A stretch of DNA of 32,000 nt, taken from assembly GCA_000166095.1 (NCBI GenBank), contig CP002278.1, forward strand, positions 390,001 to 422,000, written 5' to 3'. This stretch comes from Methanothermus fervidus DSM 2088. Its GTDB lineage: Archaea; Methanobacteriota; Methanobacteria; DSM-2088; Methanothermaceae. Under the pieces are notes generated by a model. It was given only the letters and a program-made list of their open reading frames with translations, made no database searches and was not told where the DNA came from. Position numbers and translations under genes: made by a program. Of this stretch, positions 19,788 to 27,557 are shown piece by piece (position 1 is the stretch's first letter; each line of letters opens with the position of its first letter).

Positions 19788-21401
19788 CTGGTAAAATATA
19801 TCATTTTTACTGGTGGCGTAGTAAGTTCTGTAGGTAAAGGCATAACTTTAGCTTCAATTGGAAGAATACTTAGATCTTATGGTCTACGTGTAACAGCAAT
19901 CAAAATAGATCCATATCTCAACTGGGATGCTGGAACCTTAAATCCATATCAACATGGGGAAGTATTTGTCACTGAAGATGGTATGGAAACAGATTTAGAT
20001 ATTGGACACTATGAACGATTTTTAGATGTGAATTTACCAGGTGAAGCAAATATCACAACTGGAAAAGTGTATCTATCTGTTATCAAAAAAGAAAGAGAAG
20101 GTAAATTTTTAGGATCATGTGTTCAAATTATACCTCATGTCACAGATGAAATAAAAAGAAGGATTAGGAATATATCAGAAAGAGATGATAATGACGTTGC
20201 ATTAGTTGAAGTAGGTGGCACTGTAGGAGATATAGAAGGTCAACCATTTTTAGAAGCCTTAAGACAATTGAAAAATGAAGAAAATTATGAAAATGTGATG
20301 TTCATTCATGTAACTTATGTTCCTTATCTAAAGTCAGCTGGAGAACTTAAAACAAAACCTACACAACATAGTACAAAAGAGCTTAGAAGTATGGGTATAA
20401 ATCCTGACATGATAATATGTAGAAGTGAAATTCCCATAGATGTTAACACAAAAAATAAAATTGCTCATTTTTGTGATGTAGAACCAAATGCCGTTATAAA
20501 CGTTCCTGATGTAAGTTCGATATATGAAGTTCCACTAATTTTAAATAAACAAAACGTAGGGGAATATATAATAAATAGACTCAATCTAAAGCCAAGATCT
20601 CCTTTTGACATGTCTCGTTGGGAAAAAATTGTAAAAATGATGAAAGTAAAGAAACCTTCTGTTACTGTTGGCATAGTTGGAAAATATGTAGAACTAGAAG
20701 ACTCATATATAAGTATAAGAGAAGCATTAAGGCACGCAGCCGCTAAAGTTGGTGTAAATGTTAATATTGAATGGATTAGCGCCGACAAAGATCTCAAGAA
20801 AGAAAATTTTGAAAATTTAGACTCTATACTAGTTCCAGGAGGCTTTGGTTCAAGAGGCGTTGAAGGGAAATTAAAGGTCATACGACATGCTATGAATAAC
20901 AAAGTCCCAATTTTTGGAATATGTTTGGGCATGCAATGTATGGTTATTGAATTTGCTAGACAACATGGCCTCAAAAATGCTAACAGCACAGAATTTGACA
21001 AAAATACACCATATCCAGTTATAGATTTAATGGAAGAACAGAAAAAGATAAGAAAGATGGGAGGAACAATGCGACTTGGAGCTTATCCCTGTAAAATAAA
21101 GAAAGGCACAATTTCATATGATGCATATAAAAAAGATCTTGTATATGAAAGGCATAGACATAGATACGAAGTAAATAATGAATATAGAGACATTTTAGAA
21201 GAGGAAGGACTCGTAATAGCCGGAGTTTCTCCTGATAATTTTTTAGTTGAAATTATTGAACTAGAAGACCATCCATGGTTTTTAGGATGTCAATTTCATC
21301 CAGAATTTAAATCAAGACCCAACAGACCTCATCCATTGTTTGTTTCTTTCATTGAGGCATCATTGAATAATAAAAAATTAAGAGACAGGGATAAAAAATG
21401 A
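19788..21401 (+). CDS. pyrG: CTP synthase; conserved N-terminus has no canonical start codon (best candidate CTG 19788)
   Basis: The frame is open from 19776 and encodes VKYIIFTGGVVSSVGKGITLASIGRILRSYGLRVTAIKIDPYLNWDAGTLNPYQHGEVFVTEDGMETDLDIGHYERF, the conserved PyrG synthetase N-terminus. The first ATG (19983) is 65 codons into that domain. The C-terminal GATase has GICLGMQ and FHPEF. CTG 19788 follows GGTGATAAA. Confidence 0.9.
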   Translation: MVKYIIFTGGVVSSVGKGITLASIGRILRSYGLRVTAIKIDPYLNWDAGTLNPYQHGEVFVTEDGMETDLDIGHYERFLDVNLPGEANITTGKVYLSVIKKEREGKFLGSCVQIIPHVTDEIKRRIRNISERDDNDVALVEVGGTVGDIEGQPFLEALRQLKNEENYENVMFIHVTYVPYLKSAGELKTKPTQHSTKELRSMGINPDMIICRSEIPIDVNTKNKIAHFCDVEPNAVINVPDVSSIYEVPLILNKQNVGEYIINRLNLKPRSPFDMSRWEKIVKMMKVKKPSVTVGIVGKYVELEDSYISIREALRHAAAKVGVNVNIEWISADKDLKKENFENLDSILVPGGFGSRGVEGKLKVIRHAMNNKVPIFGICLGMQCMVIEFARQHGLKNANSTEFDKNTPYPVIDLMEEQKKIRKMGGTMRLGAYPCKIKKGTISYDAYKKDLVYERHRHRYEVNNEYRDILEEEGLVIAGVSPDNFLVEIIELEDHPWFLGCQFHPEFKSRPNRPHPLFVSFIEASLNNKKLRDRDKK

Positions 21402-22516
21402 TACCAACAATCTGCGTGATTATAGGTATAATCGTAACATTTTATGCAGCATATAGTGATTTTAAATGGGGTATTATTCCAAATAAATTAACATTTTCAA
21501 CACTTCTCCTAGGATTGCTATTAAATACTGCTTGGGCAGTTATGATGTCTAATATTCCTTTTCTTACTAACATGCTTATATTTGTAGGTTCTGTATTTGC
21601 TATTTGCTATTTCTTCTATTGGATAGGGGCTTGGTCTGGGGGCGACGTAAAATTACTTACGGCATTGGCGGCATTGGTACCTTACAGATATTCTATAACA
21701 GATGTGACTGTAACAGCCCCATACCCTTTTCCATTTACAATTATAATAAATAGTATTATATCCCTTTTACCTTATTTAATGTTTTATACGACCTATATTG
21801 TTTTTAAAGAAAAAAAGCACTTGGTGAATGAATTATTAGAGCCAATACGGAATTATAAAAAAATTTTAGTAACATCTATAGTTTTGGTAGCTTCTATAAA
21901 CTTTGCAAAATTTTTCACACATATATATCTTTATTCCATAGTCTTAACAGTCATATTTACATTTCTTATTTTTCTTTTCATTTCTAAGTTACAGAAATAC
22001 ATAAAGTTAGCTGTAATTCTATCAATAACCTTTTTAATTTTGTTTATACATCCTTACAATAATTTTATTTCCATTATTTCAATTTTTATAACATTATTAA
22101 TTTTTAGCTTTCTCCTGAATTTTTTCACAAGAATTGTAACTGAGGCTTTGAGAGACGATGTGAAAGTTGAAGATCTTAAAGAAGGAATGATATTAGCATA
22201 TGATCTTGTTGAGAAGAATGGAAAAATATTTTTTGATTCCAAACCTTTAAAAGAAAAAATAAAAGAATGTTTGAGAATGGGAAACATAGGTCCAATAATA
22301 AATCCTGGTAGAATATTGATAAAATCAATGGCGGCGGGTTTATCAGAAAAAGATATTAAACTCTTAGAAAAACTTGTAAAAGAAAAAAAATTAGAAAATA
22401 AAATAAAAATTAAAAAAGGCATTCCATTTGGGCCTGCAATATTTATTGGCTTCTTGATTTCTGTGTTATTTGGAGATATAGTTTCTGCTATTTTAGAATT
22501 CGTGAACTACCCCTAA
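21398..22516 (+). CDS. A24-family aspartic prepilin/preflagellin peptidase (FlaK/EppA-like) with extended C-terminal half
   Basis: Catalytic Asp contexts YSDFKWGIIPN and WSGGDVKLLTALA. Many TM helices, a roughly 90-aa charged soluble insert (RDDVKVEDLKEGMIL...KLENKIKIKKG), then the terminal GIPFGPAIFIG motif. The ATG overlaps the pyrG stop (ATGA). Confidence 0.8.
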   Translation: MIPTICVIIGIIVTFYAAYSDFKWGIIPNKLTFSTLLLGLLLNTAWAVMMSNIPFLTNMLIFVGSVFAICYFFYWIGAWSGGDVKLLTALAALVPYRYSITDVTVTAPYPFPFTIIINSIISLLPYLMFYTTYIVFKEKKHLVNELLEPIRNYKKILVTSIVLVASINFAKFFTHIYLYSIVLTVIFTFLIFLFISKLQKYIKLAVILSITFLILFIHPYNNFISIISIFITLLIFSFLLNFFTRIVTEALRDDVKVEDLKEGMILAYDLVEKNGKIFFDSKPLKEKIKECLRMGNIGPIINPGRILIKSMAAGLSEKDIKLLEKLVKEKKLENKIKIKKGIPFGPAIFIGFLISVLFGDIVSAILEFVNYP

Positions 22517-22520
22517 CGAG

Positions 22521-22937
22521 TTAAAAATATCTATCTAAAATACCTTTTAGCATTTTAGCGTGCCTAGCTTCATCTCTTGAACTTTCATCAAAAAAATCAT
22601 GTGCTGGATCGATGCCAACTTCCTTTGCTTTGGTTGCAGCATCTTTTTTCTCTTTATTAGCTTTCAATTCTCCTTCTAACATCATTTCTATGTTTTTCTT
22701 TAGATCTTCATTAATTACACCATTCATTTCTGCGAAATGTGCTGCATGTTCTGCTTCTTCGAATGCAATTCTTTTAAAAACCTCTGCAACCTCTGGTAAT
22801 CCTTCTCTTTGGGCTTGTCTAGCCATTGCTAAGTACATTCCTACCTCTTTGCATTCACCTTCAAAATTATTTTGAACTTCTTTTTCTATTTCTGTATTCT
22901 TGGTTATTCCAATTTTATGCTCATTAACAACTTTCAT
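22521..22937 (-). CDS. rbr: Rubrerythrin-family diiron protein without rubredoxin domain
   Basis: 138-aa ferritin-like four-helix pattern with the diiron ligand motifs [24 protein letters not shown] and DEARHAKM. There is no C-terminal CxxC pair. It starts 2 nt after the fprA stop. Confidence 0.85.
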   Translation of the reverse strand: MKVVNEHKIGITKNTEIEKEVQNNFEGECKEVGMYLAMARQAQREGLPEVAEVFKRIAFEEAEHAAHFAEMNGVINEDLKKNIEMMLEGELKANKEKKDAATKAKEVGIDPAHDFFDESSRDEARHAKMLKGILDRYF

Positions 22938-22939
22938 TT

Positions 22940-24160
22940 TTACATCTCCTTTACCTTTTTTGCCAGTTTTCTACCAATTTCGTAACACTTTTCTAATTCT
23001 TTTTCATCAGGTATATAAAATATTTCATATTCATCTATAACCTCAAAACCACATTCTTTAAGTTCATTTGCTATTATTTCTGGGGCTCCACCTTCTCCAC
23101 CCATAGATCCAAATGTTATTGCTAATTTTTTAAATCCAGTCCTATCAAATCTTAAACCTTTAAGATAATATATAATATCTCCAAGTGTGGGATATGGTTT
23201 GTCATAAATAGTAGGAGTTCCAAAAGCAACGGCTTTGCTGTCTAGAATATCCTTAACAATTTCACTTCTCTCATCTTCATGAAGGTAGTACATCCTAACA
23301 TCTACTCCTTCACTTATTATACCTTCAGCTATTGCATGTGCCATTTTTTGTGTTGAGTAATGCATTGTATCATAGATTATCGTTATTTTGTTTTTACATT
23401 TTCCTTCAGCCCAATCCTTATAGGCTCCAATTATTTTCATTGGATCTGTCCATATTTGTCCATGGGAAGGAGCTATCATTTTTATTTTATTTAAAAGCCC
23501 CAAATCCTCTATTTCTTTGAATTTCTTTAAGACTCTCTTTGATAAAGGTGTAATTAAATTTGCATAAAATTTTTGGGCAGCATCCATTAGCACATATTCG
23601 GGAATCTCATAATCATATCTTTGAGGATAACAGAGATGTTGTCCAAAGGCATCATTTGGGAATAATATACCGTCCTCAACAAGTAAAGTGAACATACTGT
23701 CTGGCCAGTGTAAAAGGAAAGCTTCCACAAATGCCAGTGTTTTATTTCCTAAATCTAATTTGTCACCTGTTTTAACTTCGATAAAATCTGCATTTTTAAG
23801 TTGAGGGTAATGCTTCTTTAAACCATCAACTGCTATTTCCGTACAGTAAATTGGAGCTTCTGGAAATTTTTTATGGATTTGTGGCAATGCTCCACTGTGG
23901 TCTCTTTCAACATGGTTTTGTACTATTACATCAATTTTTTCTCTCTTTTCTTTTTCTAATGCATCTTTTATTCTTGCCCATAATTGGGTTTCAGTGCCAG
24001 GGTATGTGTTATCAATTAAACAAGTTTTATCTTCCCCAAAAACTAAATATGCATTATAGGTTGTGCCTTTAAGTGTATATCCGTGATATATTCTAATATC
24101 CCAATCTAAAACTCCAACCCAATATACACCGTCTTTTATTTTTACAGCTTTGGCTTTCAT
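22940..24160 (-). CDS. fprA: Type A flavoprotein FprA (F420H2 oxidase-type flavodiiron protein)
   Basis: Metallo-beta-lactamase-like domain with HVERDHSG (HxExDH), then a flavodoxin-like domain ([27 protein letters not shown]). The ATG is preceded by GGTGATAAA. Confidence 0.92.
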   Translation of the reverse strand: MKAKAVKIKDGVYWVGVLDWDIRIYHGYTLKGTTYNAYLVFGEDKTCLIDNTYPGTETQLWARIKDALEKEKREKIDVIVQNHVERDHSGALPQIHKKFPEAPIYCTEIAVDGLKKHYPQLKNADFIEVKTGDKLDLGNKTLAFVEAFLLHWPDSMFTLLVEDGILFPNDAFGQHLCYPQRYDYEIPEYVLMDAAQKFYANLITPLSKRVLKKFKEIEDLGLLNKIKMIAPSHGQIWTDPMKIIGAYKDWAEGKCKNKITIIYDTMHYSTQKMAHAIAEGIISEGVDVRMYYLHEDERSEIVKDILDSKAVAFGTPTIYDKPYPTLGDIIYYLKGLRFDRTGFKKLAITFGSMGGEGGAPEIIANELKECGFEVIDEYEIFYIPDEKELEKCYEIGRKLAKKVKEM

Positions 24161-24264
24161 TTTATCACCATTTTGTTCTATAATATTCGAACAATATATA
24201 TTTTTCGGTCATGATCGAACAATTTTATATAAAAATATAAATAAAATTAATTTTAGGTGAAAAA
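24161..24264. promoter_or_regulatory. Divergent fprA-rbr / HTH-V4R promoter region with repeated and palindromic elements
   Basis: TCGAACAAT occurs twice (24187-24195, 24215-24223). There is an inverted repeat TTGTTC-N10-GAACAA (24173-24194) and a 16-bp imperfect palindrome TTCGGTCATGATCGAA (24204-24219, 7 of 8 pairs). TATA-like TTTTATATAAAAATATAAATA (24223-24243) lies upstream of the + gene, and an AT-rich box (24195-24205) upstream of fprA. Confidence 0.45.
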
Positions 24265-25012
24265 ATGCAAGAACTAAAAAGCAGTATATTTTCAACAAAA
24301 AAAGGCTTAAAGATTGTAAACAGTCCTACAAAATTGAAAATATTAAATTTGTTAATGGAAAATGGTGAAATGTATTTTAACGAAATTGTAAATGCCGTTG
24401 GAAAATCAAAATCAACAATATCTACACACCTAAAAGATTTAATTAATGAGGGCATTGTAAAATCGAAAGTTTCTCCAAGAAATCGTAGAAAAAAGATATT
24501 TTATGTAGAATCTAAATATTTAGGAAAAATAATGCAAAGAAGTCCATATAAATTTCATGAAAACATAGAAGATTTAAAAAAATTGTTAAAGGATGGAAGT
24601 AGAGGATTTTATAGACTCATGTTTCATCTAATTCGTGTTGAATTAATGAAAAAAGGTATAGATTTGGATCCTATCTTAAAAAATGTTGGAAAAAAACTTG
24701 GAAAAATAATTTATGATGAAGTAGAAGAAAAAAATTTTGAAAAGTTGTTAATTAAATTAGTTAATTTCTGGCAAAAATATGGTCTTGGAAAAATGGAAAT
24801 AAAAAAGAAAAAAACCTTTAGAGATTAAAGTATATGATTGTTTTGAATGTGGTACACTGCCAAATATTGGAAAATCAGCATGTGTGTTGGATTCTGGTAT
24901 TCTCAGCAATATATTTCAATTATATACTGGTAAAAAGGTAAAGGTAAATGAAAAAAAATGTTACGCACAAGGCAACGATTTTTGTTTGTTTGAATTATCT
25001 TTTGAAGAATAA
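24265..25012 (+). pseudogene. ArsR-like wHTH plus V4R-domain transcriptional regulator interrupted by a +1 frameshift in an A7 run
   Basis: Frame 1 gives the wHTH (SPTKLKILNLLMENGEMYFNEIVNAVGKSKSTISTHLKDLINEGIV) and the start of the V4R domain, ending ...GLGKMEIKKKKTFRD* at 24828. The next frame reads PLEIKVYDCFECGTLPNIGKSACVLDSGILSNIFQLYTGKKVKVNEKKCYAQGNDFCLFELSFEE* (stop 25010-25012), a textbook V4R C-terminal half with no Met of its own. The junction is AAAAAAA at 24808-24814. Confidence 0.75.
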
Positions 25013-25045
25013 AATTTATTGAAAAAATAAATTTAATTAAAAACT

Positions 25046-25495
25046 ATGAAGAGGTATGAGACATTAATAAAAAATATTAAAAAAGAAATAAAAAAAGGTT
25101 CAATAACTAGAGTTTTAGAATTACTTTATGAATTGCCTCATTTTGATTGGGTAGGAATATATTTACTCAAAGAGAAATCACTTGTTTTAGACAGATATAA
25201 AGGATTTCCAACAATACATAAAAGAATACCTTTAGGTAAAGGTTTATGTGGTACTGCTGCACTTAAACAAAAAACTATAATTTCTAATGACGTTTCAAAA
25301 GAAAAAAATTATATCCCTTGCGATGAAAATGTAAAATCTGAAATAGTTGTACCTATAAAGAAAAATGACAAGATTTTAGGGGTTATTGATGTTGACAGTA
25401 ATCAACTTTCTGCATTTAATGATGCAGATAAAAAACTACTTGAAAAGATTGCAAAAATGATATCAGATGCTTTTGACCAACTGTTTTCCTCTTGA
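25046..25495 (+). CDS. GAF-domain protein of the free methionine-(R)-sulfoxide reductase (fRMsr/MsrC, YebR-like) family
   Basis: 149 aa. FDWVGIYLL, GKGLCGTAA, NYIPCDENVKSEIVVPI and ILGVIDVDS..F match the fRMsr single-GAF pattern, including the conserved Cys positions. Confidence 0.72.
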   Translation: MKRYETLIKNIKKEIKKGSITRVLELLYELPHFDWVGIYLLKEKSLVLDRYKGFPTIHKRIPLGKGLCGTAALKQKTIISNDVSKEKNYIPCDENVKSEIVVPIKKNDKILGVIDVDSNQLSAFNDADKKLLEKIAKMISDAFDQLFSS

Positions 25496-25849
25496 AAGTA
25501 CGAGAATATCTGGACGAGGAGATTTACCTGAAAATTCCTTTTTACATCTATTACAAAGTTTTCTAGCTGTTAAACCAACAACCATTGAAGTACCAGGGAA
25601 ATTCCTTGCATACACAATATCTACTTTCATAGTTATATTCTTTAAAATTTTTTTGATCATTTTTGTTATGTGTTTGTGAAACACTTCTGCATCTTCAACC
25701 TCTAGGCCTCTGATGTCGGCAAGAAATCCCGAACATCCACAAGCCATTTTAAAAATTTTTACTTCAGGTACATAAACAAACTTACCAGTAAAATTTTGTA
25801 GGTCATTTTCTATTTTATTTCTAGCATCGCTCAACAGATTTAACTTCAT
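25463..25849 (-). CDS. Hypothetical small protein with two Cys pairs (CxC ... CxxC)
   Basis: 128-aa ORF whose ATG lies 29 nt inside the 3' end of the upstream U32-family gene. It contains MACGCSG and KLCNRCKK. I recognise no family. Its 3' end overlaps the convergent GAF gene by 33 nt. Confidence 0.55.
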   Translation of the reverse strand: MKLNLLSDARNKIENDLQNFTGKFVYVPEVKIFKMACGCSGFLADIRGLEVEDAEVFHKHITKMIKKILKNITMKVDIVYARNFPGTSMVVGLTARKLCNRCKKEFSGKSPRPDILVLSRGKQLVKSI

Positions 25850-26834
25850 TTACATCACATTTAACTACTTCTTTAGCTAGTTCATTACAAAAACCACAAT
25901 CATGGCAAAATTTAGAACATTGCTTCCATTGTTCTATAACACCATCCAATTTATCATTGGGGATGTAAAAACGATCTCGAAGTTCATTTGGACAATCCAA
26001 TATATCTAATAAATTTCCAACATATTTCCCCTTCATATAACTTTTAGCTGTATTTATAATCCATTCTACTGTGTTACTTCTGCCAGCTATTTTTACAGAA
26101 TCTATTCCTAATTTCTTGTATTCTTTGATATCTTCAGGTCTAATCCAAGGAGATTTTATGATTAAGGAAGGATCTTGAACTCGGAGTGATATACACCTTT
26201 CAAAATAATAATCACCAAAAATAGGTTCTGGAGATGTAGTAACATGGGAAAATAAATTAAAATGGAAATACCGAAAAGGACATTTATAAATACATGCTTC
26301 ATTAGCTATAACCTTTAATTTGCAATTTACACAATCTCTAATAGCTTCTATAATATCAAAATGTCTATTTATATTGGTATCAAGAGTTATTTCCGATGCT
26401 CCTAATTTTTCAAAAAATTTTGCTTTTTCTGGTGAATCAATATGTGCAATACAAGAAACACATACTTCAATGTTTTTAGTTTCTTTTGACACAAGCTCAA
26501 CTAGATAGGGATCTGAAACTATTACACCATCTACACCAATCTCTTCTAATTTCTTGATATATCTGGCTAGGATTTTATATCCTTCAAAAGTTAGATGTTT
26601 TCCTCCAAAACAGGAAGAATTTAAAACTAAATTAAATTTTATGCCATGTTTATGGGCATAATTTACTTGTTCTTTAATATCATCAAAAAAAGGTGAATAT
26701 AAAGCAGCCCTGCCACTACCTATAAATTCAGAGATTCCTGCCATATATACATCGTAATCTCTTTTAGGTAAATTCTTAAATATTTCTTTTTCAGAATCTA
26801 AAGTTCCAGGAAGAGGTATGCTAAACTTCATCAT
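25821..26834 (-). CDS. Peptidase-U32-family protein (TIM-barrel, Cys-rich, probable Fe-S)
   Basis: 337 aa. The layout parallels U32 proteins such as UbiU/YhbU: DVYMAG..., HKHGIKFNLVLNS, IGVDGVIVSDPYLVELV, EVCVSCIAH, LKVIANEACIYKCPF. It has about 17 Cys, including the C-terminal cluster CSKFCHDCGFCNELAKEVVKC. Confidence 0.6.
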   Translation of the reverse strand: MMKFSIPLPGTLDSEKEIFKNLPKRDYDVYMAGISEFIGSGRAALYSPFFDDIKEQVNYAHKHGIKFNLVLNSSCFGGKHLTFEGYKILARYIKKLEEIGVDGVIVSDPYLVELVSKETKNIEVCVSCIAHIDSPEKAKFFEKLGASEITLDTNINRHFDIIEAIRDCVNCKLKVIANEACIYKCPFRYFHFNLFSHVTTSPEPIFGDYYFERCISLRVQDPSLIIKSPWIRPEDIKEYKKLGIDSVKIAGRSNTVEWIINTAKSYMKGKYVGNLLDILDCPNELRDRFYIPNDKLDGVIEQWKQCSKFCHDCGFCNELAKEVVKCDVNEVKSVERC

Positions 26835-26966
26835 ATTTTACTTTGTCATCGAGAATACAAAATATTTTCCAGATTAAAAGTCTCTAAACAATTATTATTT
26901 TGAGAATTTTTAAAACAAAAGTAATACGATAGTATTAATAATTAAAAATTTATTGCGAGGAAAAAT
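26835..26966. promoter_or_regulatory. Divergent U32-operon / tmk intergenic promoter region
   Basis: A 132-nt AT-rich spacer between divergent start codons. It has TATA-like TATTAATAATTAAAAATTTAT upstream of the tmk SD (GAGG). Confidence 0.3.
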
Positions 26967-27557
26967 ATGTATATAGCATTCGAAGGAATTGATGGTTCAG
27001 GAAAGACAACTATATGCAAGTATATTTCTTCATATTTGAGAAGAAACGGTTATAAAGTCCTTACTGTTGGATTCCCTAGCAATAATGAAATTGGTAAATT
27101 AGCTAAAAAAATGTTAAAAGGTGAAATTAAATGGAACGAAATAGCCTTTGAATTACTTATAACTGCTGATATGTTACAATGTAATCACAAAATTAAAAAA
27201 TTTTTAAAAAATGGAGGAATTGTTTTAAGTGATCGTAGCCCTTATTCAAGTATTGCATATAGGCCACATTTACGCAATTGGATAGAAAAAATACACAAAC
27301 CTTTAATTAAACCAGACATTGTTATATTTTTAGATGTGAGCGTAGATAATGCATTGAAAAGAATATATAAACATGACAAATATGAAAAAAAGAAATACCT
27401 AGAGATAGCAAGAAGAACATATTTACGTCTTTCTAAAGAGTTAAATTTTGTTAAGATCAATGCAAATAAAAATTTTAAAAAAGTATTTTTGGATGTAAAA
27501 CATATCATTGAAAGTTCAGTGAAAAATAAAAGACTATCACTCAGGCCTTCTCAATAG
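26967..27557 (+). CDS. tmk: Thymidylate kinase
   Basis: MYIAFEGIDGSGKTT P-loop, DRSPYSSIAY and an FLDVSVDNALKR lid region; 196 aa. GAGG lies upstream of the ATG. Confidence 0.88.
   Translation: MYIAFEGIDGSGKTTICKYISSYLRRNGYKVLTVGFPSNNEIGKLAKKMLKGEIKWNEIAFELLITADMLQCNHKIKKFLKNGGIVLSDRSPYSSIAYRPHLRNWIEKIHKPLIKPDIVIFLDVSVDNALKRIYKHDKYEKKKYLEIARRTYLRLSKELNFVKINANKNFKKVFLDVKHIIESSVKNKRLSLRPSQ

Noticed and set aside
20465-21001. 178-aa ORF on the - strand
   Set aside because: It is antisense to the pyrG GATase region. It is a shadow ORF with no independent support.
19983-21401. ATG 19983 as the pyrG start, as in the ORF track
   Set aside because: The 65 codons upstream in the same frame encode the conserved CTP-synthase N-terminus, including the GKG nucleotide-binding loop. 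A protein starting at 19983 would lack it.
25821-25900. C-terminal CxxxCxxC (CSKFCHDC) of the U32-family protein as a radical-SAM signature
   Set aside because: The spacing matches, but the motif is at the extreme C-terminus of a U32-type barrel and I see no accompanying SAM-binding motifs. It is more likely an Fe-S or Zn site of the U32 type, so the protein is not called radical SAM.
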